64,000 nt of DNA, taken from assembly GCA_963575745.1 (NCBI GenBank), contig CAUYUJ010000321.1:1-64000 (forward strand). Reading direction: 5' to 3'. Shown piece by piece: positions 37,843-50,100 of the stretch. Under the pieces are notes generated by a model, which was given only the letters and a program-made list of their open reading frames with translations, had not been told where the DNA came from and ran no database searches. A program made the position numbers and the translations under genes. Each line of letters starts with the position of its first letter. Position 1 is the first letter of the stretch. This DNA comes from Prorocentrum cordatum. Its lineage: Eukaryota.

Positions 37843-40798
37843 AGAGTCGGCACCCGCTGCCGCCCAGCGCCCAGGGGGGCTGAGGCGGCGCGCTGCGCGT
37901 GCTCTCGGGTGCTAAAAGACTCATGCCTTCAGCCTCCTCAGGAGGCTCACCATATCCCACTCCGCCCTGCGCTGTCAAGTGACTTGGAGAGACATGTGGG
38001 GCCCAGGCTCATCAGCGCGATCTCGACGGGGACGCTCCATTTAGTTGTGTTTCTGCGTTTCTTCGCATTGCGTAGGCGATAAAGGAGCTGTTGGAGTAGA
38101 ACGCCCGCTGCCACTTCCATCGTACTGTTGCGCATTTTGCGAAAATCGTCCGCCTGAGGTGCCAAAAACTCGTTAATCTCCTTTTGCAAGTCAACCCGCG
38201 TTGCCTCCACGCCTCCGCCTGGTCCTGGTTGAGCGATATGTGTTTGCAGTTCTGGTAGAGAAGGTTTGTAGCTTGGTAAATGACAATATTTTCTGCGTTT
38301 AACTCCCATTGCTTTCCCCGCCAACTGTCGTGCAATACGACGCACATCAGCTGCGTGCCCTAGTCTTCTGGATTCCACCAGGTCCCCGTAGAGATGCTTG
38401 CGGCATGCTGCGTGCACACGTCTTGCAGCACGACGTATATGATACGCAAGGCTGCGGATCTCCACTTCCAGGTAATCCAGGTATTATTTGTGTCATCCTT
38501 GAACTAGTCCGTGATCCTGCCGCTGGTGGGCAAGATGATCTCGGTACTTCCGTCGTTCGTGGAGTTGCTCGAGCCCAACGTCACGCCATTGTTTTACTTC
38601 TGCATATGCTGATGAGCGGGCAACACGCACCCATACTCATAAGGAAGCCCGAGCGAGGAGGACGGACGAGAGGTGAACCGATGAATGGAGCACAAGAGCG
38701 GTCAGGAAGGATTGCGCACTCGGGGATTGCAGGAGGACGGAGGGCGGAGAAGGCGACGGGGGAGAGTTAGGGACAGGCGAAGCGAAAAGAAGATCCGAAG
38801 GCGGGCGATCGGGCGAGGGGGATAGGGGAGCAGAGAGGGACAGCGGGATACCTAGAGAGGGTGGGAGGGACAGGAAGACCGTTTTGCGCGCAATCGGAAG
38901 GCTGGTTGCCCGCCTCGTTCCGCCCCCCCCCCACCCGCGCCACCCCCCGCCGACCTGGCGAGCGGGGGCGTCGCAGCGGGGGGCAAGGGCCAACCGCCGC
39001 AAGTAGCGAATCGCGGGGCCCCGATTTGCAAATTTTGGGGCTGGAAATTCCAAGGGCCTATGGGTGCGCGTTGTCGGATGGGGCCCCCGCCCGAGAAACG
39101 GCGCGCCTCGGCGTCCGACAACGCGCGCCCATACCCATAGGACATCCTCAAATCCGGAGTCGCGAATCAGCAAATTCCGAGGTCGCCCTCCAGCCCACCG
39201 CCGACCCTCTCCGGCTCGCTGGGTCGGCGCGGGCGCGCCACGACCTGAGGAAAGGCGTGGAGAAGAAGGCGGCTCGCCATCCGACCACGCGCCAGACCCC
39301 GCCCCCATGTCCTTTCTATTCCGTCCCTCGCCATCCCGCTGCCGCCCTCCCGGCATCCCAGCTCACCCCACGCGAGCGCCCCCCTTCGCATCATCTTCTC
39401 ACTGCACCCTGTCCCTGATTCTCTATTGTCGTCTTCCTGGCCCTCCGTCTTCCACGCATCCCCGACTGCATCATCCTTCCACTCCCCGTTCGTTTTCCTT
39501 TTTCCTCTTTGCCCCATCCCTTGCCCTCCTCCCTCGGGACCCCCCTATGGGTATGTGTGTGTGTTGTTCGTTCATGATGCATGATCTGGTCGACTGCCTC
39601 GTTCGCCAAAATGGCCCCGGGCTGTCTCGAGCAGGGTTGTTGCCCACAGGTCGTTATCATAATCCGCGTGGGCCAACTCTGAGTACTCCGCTAGCTGATT
39701 CGTTATGCTTGCCATTCGGTTATATAGAGCGCGGTGAAAATCGAGTCGACCCACGCCGCTCTGAAGTGCTTGTGCCATCTTCGTATAATCCCAGCGAGGA
39801 CGTGGTTTGTGATGAACATACGTTGGCATCACGTAGTCGATGGTAAAAAATAAGGGTAGGTGGTCTCGAGGTTTTGAGTCTGGAATCATTTGCAACTGCC
39901 GTCCTCGCTGCCAGGCTACCGTACACGTTTGCACTCCATCTAGCAGGTTTGTCGGGATAATGGCCACGTCGATCGTGCTGGTCTCGCCGTTCATGCCAAA
40001 GTAGGTTGGCCCTGCCGATGGGTGATAAGTGCTCAAACCAGCCATGTCGTAAGAGAAAAGAATATCATGTAGTCGTTGTCCTGCTTGTCCGCTTTTCTTC
40101 AAGTGATAAGTTCCAAAATTGCATTCATCTGGGTCGCACTTGGTGTCCGAAGTCTGCCCCAATCCAAATCCTGAAGTAATATCAAATCCTCAAATTGGCG
40201 TGCATCGTGAGGGCGCGCTCGAAATACGCTGTTGAATGTAGCACATCGTCATACTGATGCTCTTCATCTGCGCCTTCATCGCGGCGCCCGTCTCGCACAA
40301 GGGTGGAGGGTAGCCCGATATCGCCATTATGTCGAAAGACCCCGATCTGATCCGTACATCTCCTGCTCGTCCCTCCAATCCCTTTGGCCCAGGCTGAATT
40401 GCTACGATATGTTGCCGTCTGAGCCGTCGTCCCATCACGATGCACGTGCCCGCGCAATTCGTCACATATGGTGGCCGCTTCCACCCAAAATGAATCGCTG
40501 CCCGTCGCTCAGGTATGTTCTGCACATGATAAACTCTATCCTGCCACTCTCGGACCCTCGTGCCATTCAGTATCAGCAGATCAACGCCCATCACCTTTGC
40601 GATCTCCTCTAGGCGGGAAGTCTGAATAAGAGACAATGGGTTGTAAACCGCCCCTCGTAAGAGAAACCTCATTGACCCCCTCCACGGCTTGCATTCACTC
40701 GTCGGGGGCGGGTGGGGGGTAGCGGGAAGGCGCGAGTGTCTACGGGGCCTTCTGAACGCTGCCTGCTGCTTCGCTTGGGCCGAGGTGGCAGCTTGGCA
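35658..40798 (-). mobile_element. Degenerate non-LTR retrotransposon (LINE B): EEP endonuclease plus RT, with two insertions
   Basis: EN motifs AVYNPLSL, GRAG, SGYPPP, PTYFG, STIDVAII, RDHLPL. RT motifs QRIIHL, WHGFLPHRRREGAIL, HDLSNA, GGPQGS, LAGD (decayed xADD), RRLGA. Many stops and frameshifts. Confidence 0.85.
38613..39574. mobile_element. Non-autonomous TIR DNA element, ~32-bp TIRs, 3-bp TSD (TGA), inserted in LINE B ORF2
   Basis: TGAGCGGGCAACACGCACCCATACTCATAAGG versus reverse complement TGAACGAACAACACACACACATACCCATAGGG. TGA on both sides. Removal restores the frame ...PDHAS|AYAEVKQW... Confidence 0.9.
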
Positions 40799-40899
40799 AT
40801 GATAGCGATGATGATGATGACGACGACGACGATGATGATGATGACGACAATGATGACGATGATGATGATGATGATGATGATTTTTGAAGCCCGCGCACC

Positions 40900-43800
40900 C
40901 CCGGTGGCGACCCCATTGTTTCTCAGTTCCGTCCAGGCCTTGCAAATGGCAGCGCGCCGTCTCGAATGGAGCCTCAGGCGCGCGCGAAGCGCCTGCTCCA
41001 CATCGGCACTGCTGCCAGTTCGCACTGGCGAGTGCGCGCGAACAAAAGCATCGCAGCAGCTTGCGTATCTGAGCATTGCAGAGGGAGAAGGGGCGAGGGA
41101 GGAGGTGAGGATCAATTCCGAGAACCATTCATCATCACCAGGAGCATGGAAAGGACCCAGATGGGATATACAGAGAGCACGGAGCCGCTGACAGATAGAA
41201 TCGTGCTTAAGATCGCCATAATCAACACCTGCAGGGGCATCACAGCCGAAGACACAGCCTCTAGGGGCACAGTGGAATCTGGAGGTCGCGCAAATACCCC
41301 GACACGAAATACGAAGGACAACACTCCCAAGATACGCCTGTGATTTCTTAATGACAGAGCGGATCCTCTGGATCAGGAGAGCAACCGTGCCGGGGGAAAT
41401 CCCAGGACGCCACGCCTGAAGACGTCTCAGTAAACCGGTTTCGGGGCAGTCCTTGAGGGCGACGGGCAGGGAAAAGCGAAGCTTACGATAAAAGTAACGC
41501 TGAATACTCTTGCTGTTAATGTCCTGCGGCAACGAAGCCTACATGTCGGCATAAATTGTCGCCGTCTGCTGGAAAGCCATCAAGAGACTCCTCTGCCACC
41601 ATCCCCCCCTTCCCCTTGCAAAAATCATCTCGCCCCCCTCCCTCGCTTGCTTGAGGTGCTCGAGCGACGACTGCAGCACAGAGCACTTGGCGAGCAAACG
41701 TAACTGACAAGCGTGACCAATACTCTGCAGGCAGGGAAACTCGATGCTGCTGCCGAGCGCACGCAATCCAGTGAGCATGCGCTAAGAGAAACTGAACCGC
41801 GGGGCGGCGTTCAGCAACTGCATCGCACGGTCATGACTGGCAAGCAGAGCAGGTGAGGGAGGATAACATTGCAGGGTAAATTGGAGCTTGGAGAGGCAGA
41901 GCGACTGGTATGATGAAATAGACACTGGAAGACCAAAGCCCTGCTGTCGAACTGCACGATATCGCCCAACAAAGGCTGGAATAACTTCATCCCAAGCATA
42001 GTTTGCAGCCTCAGGGCCTATATGGATGCCTAAGTACTAACAGTGTTTCACGATGCACAGGAGCGAGAAGGGTTCCCGAGGTCTTTGCACACGCGTTGGA
42101 GCCACGTCACTTTCGCATCACCAACGAGGAGGATAACACACATCTTAAGATTAAGTTTCAAGCCGACAGCCTCCTCCAATAGGGTAATAAGCTGAGGAAG
42201 AGTAGGAAGATCAGAGAGGACATTGTTGAGCATAAAGAGCCAGTCGTCAGCATAGGCTAACATACGATGCACGAAACGACCACCGCGCCAGACAAGCCAA
42301 CGGGTTATGGGGTCAGTCGCCAGGGCGAATAAAACCATTGAGGCAGGGCCCCCTTGCCGAACACCACGCTGGATCAGTATTTTAGTTAGCCTCCTCCCCC
42401 CAAGGGTAATCCACGCCGAATTGACATCATGCAGGCGACTGAACAACGAGATTACTTCACGTGGGATATCGAGACGGGATAGCACCATGAGAACCCAATG
42501 TACAAAGATCGAGGGGAACGCGGCCGAGAAGTCAGTGAGGAATTCGGCCGCATGCTTCTGCCCAGTGCCCCACATCTCCAGCCCCCACGCCTTCGCCTCC
42601 ACAATGTTAGCTAACATGTCCCCCCCCTCTGATCCCTCCCTTCTGACGCTCATGTACGGCGGCGGCCGCCACTTCATTCGGCGGCTGAGCGAAGGCGAGC
42701 GGCAGGGCTTTGCAATCCGTGTCGGAGAGAGCAAGCGGTCCGGTACAGTCGGCTGCGCGAAATGCACCAGCAGCCGCGTCATTCGGGCTCGTGCCCTTTG
42801 GAAGAAATACGAGCAACATCTCCTGCATGCTAGACGGCATGGTGGTGCTGAAAGAGTCGTGCATAGATTCAAATACATCATAGAGTATGTCAAAGGCATC
42901 ACTATCCTGCCAACATGAATATGGTATGCCGTCTGGACCAGGAGCAGCGTTGCGTCGTGCAAGTAAATATTGTGAAAGCTAGGCCTGGTTAAGAACCGAG
43001 TAGGCGTAATCCCAAGATCCTGAACAGGCGGAACAAACCCAAGAATTTCAGCCCAAAGCTCACGATCAACAGGAGTGGCCTTGAAGACCTCAGACCAATG
43101 GTCCGCCAGGACCTTTCCAGACGCCTCCAGGGACCCACAGGGGGAACCATCAGGATCCAGGACCCCAACAAGGTAAACTCGACGACGAAGTTTAGACCAG
43201 AGTTCACGTTTCCGACAAAATCGTTCAATATGATGCTGGGTTCAAGCTTCTTCCGAAATATCTTCAGCTACGCAGGCTTCCAGCCCGTGGAGCCCATCGT
43301 CAATCGCAGCCTGCTGCAGCAAACGCTCGCGCTCAAACAACTGCGGGAGGTCGCTACAGGCCTCGGTTTCGACGTCAAAGAAGGGGAGGAGGGCAGCATA
43401 AGTACGGAGGGCGGTAATGCACATATGAAACTTGTGATAACGTAGACCACGGAGCGCATGCATGGTCCAGTAATGTTTTCCCCATGAGTGCGCGCAGGAC
43501 GATGTTTGATACGTATGCGAGCGGGCTTAACTTGTTCATGACATATACATTTAGCAGCAGCATGACGTTTAAAGGGGCCCCACTCAGCAGGGATCCCCAT
43601 GAGATGCTGGCGGGCGAGGGCACGATACTCGGGTGAGCGCGCAATAACATTCGGGATGACACGCGAGCCTTCCCATGGAACGTGACGCTGGAAGGTGGCC
43701 ACGAGCGGGCGATGATCGGATGGTGTCTTGCCTCCAAGTGAGCCCCAGACTTTGGCCTGTGTGGTGAGGTCCTGCAACATGGCACTGGGCATGTCTGAGT

Positions 43801-44668
43801 ACAACCGATCAAGCCGCGAGGAGTGCGTCTGCCTGGCGTTGTTCCACTCTTGCCGAGTGGGTCCATCCTGCACAAATTCTATCCAGCTGCCGCAGAGCTG
43901 GTTAAACGCGTCGTGATGCAATCGATCACCACTGTGCCATGTACGACCGTCATATCCCATCCTTCCTTCCTCTTCTAAGGCGAAATTCCAGTCCCCCCCC
44001 CCGATCAAGTTGAAAGAGACAGTGGCCGGCGGCAGGGCAGCTAAAATGGCGGACAGGATGCGGCGATAGAGCGGAGTGCCATCACTTGTGTTGGGCATAT
44101 GACAATTGACGATACACATCATACCATGCTCACCAATGCAGCGAGAGAGGACACGACCAGGGATGATAGGAACATGACGAATGGACTGGAAGTGAAAACA
44201 AAACTGCTCATGAAGGACAGTGAGGACACCACCAGTGTTGGCTTCCGCACGCGAAGAAATACATACGCTGCTCCCACGAAGCTGACACTTGATCTCCTCT
44301 GCATCCCCAAGGTGCCCATGGGTCTCCTGAGCGCACACAATACTGTAGCGTTTAGCTAGAGACAAGAGTTGTGAACATCGACGCGAAGCTCGACCATCCC
44401 CACCTCCCACAGCCGCAAATAAACCTTGAGTGTTCCATGTTACGTAAGATATCGCAGTACTCGGTAAGAACGGAGACGGAGTAGCCGACAACGAAGACGT
44501 CGAGGAGTCGAAGGAGGAGGAGGAGGAGGACGAAGACGAATTGCTAGAGCTACCCGAATTCGAAGAGGAAGAGCTAGAGCTACTCGAATTGGAACTGCTA
44601 CTATGTTGCGTGCTGCCAGGGCCGTCTCTAGACACCTCAAAAGGGACGGCGGGCGGCGACCTTGGCAA
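40900..44668 (-). pseudogene. LINE A ORF2: APE endonuclease, reverse transcriptase, Cys/His knuckle (frameshifted)
   Basis: EN motifs VTWNTQGL, CAQETH, GGDWNF, SRLDRLY, SDHRPL. RT motifs VFLPKG, PLALSDTDCK, DFSAAFPSI, GVRQGGPAS, YADD (42243-42254), GLKLNLK, YLGIHIG. Knuckle CVFGC...KHDSIC. Confidence 0.9.
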
Positions 44669-45626
44669 CCTGAATCAGTGCATCGGCGTGAGCCTCAAGG
44701 CCAAACTCAGGAAAAGCGGCCTCCTCCAGGTCCACGAGGATGTCTTCGCTGACGTCACTGGCAGCGAGGTGGGCGATTCGCGCGGGGTCCTCGGCCGACC
44801 TGAGGATGAAAACGTCGCCGCCGAGGCCGTTCTATCCTACCTGGAGCTGCGTGCTGGCCAAGAGCGTCTCCGCCTTGTTGCGGAGCTTGCCCATGGCGGG
44901 GAACAGGCGCCTGCTCTTCAAATCAAGATCGCACCGAAGTTTGAGATGAAGCGGCTGTCCGCCGCGAGGGTCCACGAAAGTCGTACCCTGATCGAAATTA
45001 GATAAGAAATTAGTGGCTGTGAGAGCGTCACCGAACTCAAAGACAGCTTTGCGATTCATGTCGAAAGCCTTGGCGATGCACTTGTTGTGGTCCGCTATGG
45101 GCATGGCCTGGTTGCGCACCTGCTCCGCGGCACGCCAAAGTGTGGAGGCCATCATCGGTCTTGGGAAGCCCAGCAGCACAAGCCTACATGCACCTTCCTG
45201 TTGATTGCGACTGCGAGAGGCCGGTGCCCACACCGATGAGCTGGCTGTGGTCGAACGGGTTGATTCGGGACTGCGCAGCCGACGACGAGAGCCTGGTGGG
45301 TACTCAGCAGCAGGCGGGCGTTCAGAAAGCTTTTTCAGCGACTCCCCGATGTTCGCGACCGTGTTCTCGAGCTTGATGACTCGATCAGCACGTTGTGATA
45401 ACCCTGTCGCACCTCGCATGCTGGAGTCCGTGTCTTCTTCGAGGGCGTCGAGACGTGCTTCTAGGATGTCCATGCGAGCTGCTGTGGCATTGACGTCTTC
45501 ACGCAATGAGGTAATGCCGCCTCGCATCTCCTCACCCAGCGATGGCATGCGGGCCTCGACGTTCGTCATGGCCACGATGAGCGAGGCGGCCCATGGTGGG
45601 GTGCCCTCGGTGGCCATGGCGGCCAT
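44637..45626 (-). CDS. LINE A ORF1 (coiled coil plus RRM-like), one in-frame stop at 44832
   Basis: Heptads LREDVNATAARMDILEARLDALEE and RVIKLENTVANIGESLKKL, then RLVLLGFPRP...AVFEFGD. The frame continues past the TAG to TGA at 44637-44639. Confidence 0.75.
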
Positions 45627-45781
45627 GGGGCGGCTGTGTGATGGGCGAAGGCCTGGACGGAAGGATGCCGAGCCGCAAAAGCGGGCGCAGTGTGCACCTC
45701 CAAGCAGCTCGTGCCTGAATGCTGTGGAGTCGCCAAGACTAATCAGGTTGCCTCGCAACTTCGTTGCTTCCCCCGTTTAGT

Positions 45782-45802
45782 CTTGAGCCAAATGGCTACG
45801 GC
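45782..45802 (-). other. Genomic copy of dinoflagellate spliced leader (DinoSL)
   Basis: The minus strand reads GCCGTAGCCATTTGGCTCAAG versus consensus DCCGTAGCCATTTTGGCTCAAG (one T fewer). Confidence 0.95.
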
Positions 45803-45859
<57 letters not shown>

Positions 45860-46976
45860 CGACAGGAGGAGTGGGTGACGGGTTCCTGCGCGGGGTGTCC
45901 AAAGAAAACAAGAACCCACCTTAAAATGTGGGGAAACACACTACCACCAATTGCCCAATTGATGTACGTCGCTATCGTAGCGAAGCGCGTAGAATGCGGA
46001 AAATAAACAAGATACTGGCACAGTTCCGTTCCGGACCTCTCCATGGCGCCTGGTCAACAGGATTCCGAGGCGAATCCAGCCGTCGCAGCGAGGACCACCT
46101 AGAATGCCCAACAAAACGCGAAATCGAGGGCGGGCAATCAGCATTGGTATGTTAATTCCCCCTGAGAGAAGGCATGCGGTCAGGCCGCAGAACGTGAGAA
46201 GAGACGCGACAAGCAGGCGATTCCGTGACAGCCACGGACTAGTGTTTCGGGTCACTTCGTTTTTCCTCCTCCTCCTCCTCCTCCTCCTCCTCTTTCATAG
46301 CCTCTCCCTCCCTGCTGCGTCGTGCTCGCTGCCGAAATGCGCTGCCTCTGCGTTCTCGCCATTCCATGAATTCTGCTGGCCCGGGAGGGATCCGATGGGG
46401 GGGTGGCGATTGGGCACGGCAAGGAAGGGAGTGGAGAAACCAAAAGATACCGATACCGCTGCTCCCTGGACTTCCCCCGGGGCGCGTTCGGACCAAGATT
46501 TCAGAGCGACTCCAGCGGTGGCGACGAGGGCCTCCCGGGAAGCCCAGAGAGGGGAAAGCGGGCGGGGGGGGGCAGAGGTACGGGCGCCTCCTCCTCCTCC
46601 GAGGGAGGTGGGGCCGAGCGGCTGCGGCGAGGGGGCAGGGCAGGGACCGGGGGGGGGGGGGCGAGCGGCCGCGGCGAGGAGGGGCGGAGGGCCGAGCGGC
46701 CGCAGCAGGGAGGCGGGGGCGGGAAGGGGGGGCGGGCGAGCGGCCGCGGCGAGGGCGGGAGGAGGGCCGAGCGCCCGGCGCGCCGCCCGCGCGCCGCGGG
46801 GAGCTGCCGTGCGCCGGGGTGGGGGGGGGGCGGGGCACGCACGGCGTGGCTTTCCGCCGCGCGGGGGGGGGGGGCGGCGGGGGGGGGGGGAGAGCGGGGG
46901 CGGCGGCGCCGGCAGGGGAGGAAGGCAGGATCTGGACAGAGGCAGAATCGAGTCAAGATCGGACCGATTGAAATCG

Positions 46977-47155
<179 letters not shown>

Positions 47156-50100
47156 AAAACTGGCGGGTTCGGGTGATGCCTCTGGCGCCGCGGCCTTCCC
47201 AAAGCGTTCCGGAACGCGATGCACATGTTTTCCGGAACGCTTTGGGACGGATCAGTTTCGATTCTGAGCCCGTCCGGCCCGTCTGAAGAGCGACGATGGC
47301 GACAGCGACGGCAGCGTGGGCTACGCCTTCTGAGGGTTCGTCTTGCCTTTCGGGGCCAGGGCGCTATTGCACCACCGGAGGCGTTCCCCATCTCCACCTC
47401 CTCCGCCTCCTCCTCCTCTGGTCCCCCGCTTCCCAGTGCGAAGGACGCAGAGCCTGACCACCGTCTATGAGCTGATGTGGTCCCCACGACAATGCCAGCG
47501 GGATCCACGATTTGCCCTGGAGATACCGGCCCTGCGAAAATGCCTGGAGCACCCGTGGCCCCCAAACAAAAGGACGGCGACCGCGAGCACTCCTGGACCT
47601 GGGCGAGATGGCGATTCCCTCTGCCCCACACACCGCGCAGAGAATGCCTTTGGCGCCCTTGGAGAGGGAGATGGGAAACGCCCGGCGCGACACGCGCCCG
47701 CCACGGCGGAAGCTGACGAGAGCCACGCCGGCACGAGAGAGCACGGGGGGCGCAACGACGGGCGGCGGCTCCACGACAAAAAAATGTTTTCAAGAGGGAC
47801 AGAAACACATAGACACAATTAATCCTCCATTCCCGTGAAAATAAAGGCAAATATTGGAAGTGGTGGGGAAGACAAAAACCGAGAAAATATGATAACATAT
47901 ACGTAACCCTTATACTTGTGTGTATTTACTTGTGTGTCCCAGGGCCACTTCGGGTTTGGTCTCTGCTTTCGCCCGCTGCTCTGAAACGCGCACGGCATCA
48001 ATGCCTACTACGTTCGATCCGACGCGCTCGGCCCGTGAGAAACGAACGCACCGTCGCCTGGGAGCGGGCGCTGTTTCGAAAGCCCAGCGGACCACGGGCG
48101 TAGCTGGCGCCATGCATCGCCGTCTTAGAAGCAAGCAAGTTGCCCTCACGCTGCCTCGCTGTTATCCGCCCCCGCCCAAGGTCAGCAACAGTGGAGTAGG
48201 CCTTGACCTCGCACAGGCGGGAATTTAAGACCACGACTACCCCGCGATCTTCGATGGCCGCCCACGCTACTATCCAAATATGAGCCGCGCGGCTGTGGCC
48301 GAAAGACAACGCACGCTACCGCGCTCGCGCATTCCGCCGAACACAAAATGAGTCGGCCCAGAACGAGGCACTGGACAAAGCAATACGCAACGCGAAGGAA
48401 GGCCCAGAGCTCTACAGCGTCGGCATCGCAGAAACTCGACGGGGGCCCCAAACAGGCACCGCGGCCGACGCCGGCCGCTTCTACTGAAGGGCGACGACGG
48501 CCCAGCCAAAACTGCAGGCCTCGGACGGAAAGCTTCCGCCAAGGAGGCCGCCGCCCAAAAACGCATTTCCGCCCAGGGGCCCAGGCTGACGCATCAACCA
48601 GAGCTCGCCAGGAGAAGGGGGGCGAGCAGGAGGGAGAGCAGGCAGCCTCTCCACTTTTTTTACACAGCCGCAGGCGGAAGCGCCAGCGGCGGGAGGTCGC
48701 GAACGGGCCGCGGACGCGACTAAATTACCTAACGCGCGCGGGGCCGCGGATCAGGCGGCTAGGCAGCCTCTCCACGCGAAGTGGCGAGAATTCTCCCACC
48801 ACGGGGGCCTCGAACTGGAACGCGCCCCCGCGCCCTGCGCGGGCAGGGCGCCCGCGGGCGAGGGCCCCAAGACCATCGAAAAACCTGGCGCGCGAACTGA
48901 AAGCTGGCGCGCCGCCTGTCTCGGCGGACGGCGCTGGCTGCCTGGCGCCACAGATGCAACGCGGACCTTCTCGCGCGGCTCGAGCATCCTCACGGCTGCG
49001 AACACTCGGACAAGCATGGGCCATCGACTGAACTCTGGCTGTCCGCGATGCGCGGCGACGCGATGCCAGCGCCTGGACTCCGCAGTCCTCTCGAAACCTC
49101 AGGCAGCGGCCCTGGGACAGAGCCCCGCTGGCGCGAAGCTGCCGACGACGAGGCGGCGCCAGTTGAGCATCGAGGACTACGCCGAGCCTGCAAGCTGAGG
49201 CGACGCAGCGGCGAAAAGGGGCCCCTGGACGGCCATCCACGGCGAAGAGCGCCCCTCAAGAACCCAGTCAGCCCCATGGACACCGGCCAGGACGACGCCC
49301 CTCGGCGCCCCCGACACCCAGACAGCAAAAGCGAGGTGCAGGAGAAGCGCCAAGCACAGGGCACAGGCGGAGCCCATCTTTCCGACGCTTGTCACGCGCA
49401 GAAAACGCGCGAGGCCTCGCCCAGAAAACTAGCGGGGCTGGGCGCCGCCCCACGCGGCAGCGCGAATGTGGGCGCGCGCCTGGCGCCCGCGAACTCGACG
49501 GCAAAACCGAGGATCTTGCGATGACCGCATCAACGGCTCGACGACCGCATCGACGGCTCGACGGGGCCCCCAGCAGCAATGTCCACCCCCGGGTTCCTCT
49601 CGGACTGGAACGCGCGACCTCGAGAGCTGAGAGCGGCGGCGCGCTCCCGACACGGAACGGGGGCGGACGCAGGCTCTGCTGTAGGGGCGACGGAGTGGAG
49701 GCTGAACCTGCTGCAGCCCATGCGAAGGACAGCCGACTTCGCTCCGTGGAGCCGACCATGAGAGCCAGATCCATCGACTACAATTCCGAACTACACCTCC
49801 TGCGCCGCAGGCGCAGAGCACCTGGCCTGCACCGCGTCGAGAGGGCCCCGAAAGCGCGGCAAACTGGCAGACTGCCGGGTGGAAATGGGGAGAGACCTGG
49901 CGCCAGTACATTCGAGCACGGAAAGCGACCGATAAAAGCAAATAAACTGCCGCAGCCGACGCGGGGGAAAGCAGGACCTGCGAGCTGCTGCCAACGAGGC
50001 CTGAGAGAAATGCCCCCAGAACCCTTGCGCAAATCATGCAGGACCGCGCTCGCGGCACGATTGCGACTGACAACCCTCTCGGCGGGGGCAGATTGCGCCC

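Larger units (their letters stand above)
40882..45802 (-). mobile_element. Full-length L1/Tx1-like non-LTR retrotransposon (LINE A) beginning with DinoSL and ending in AAAAA then (TCA)n
   Basis: Order SL, 5'UTR, ORF1, APE endonuclease, RT, Cys/His knuckle, A5. (GAT)n on the plus strand at both flanks (40799-40881, 45803-45862). Confidence 0.9.

Noticed and set aside
45782..45862. SL RNA gene
   Set aside because: The SL is followed by ACTAAAC and the LINE UTR, not a GT/GC donor and SL intron, so it is a retroposed leader.
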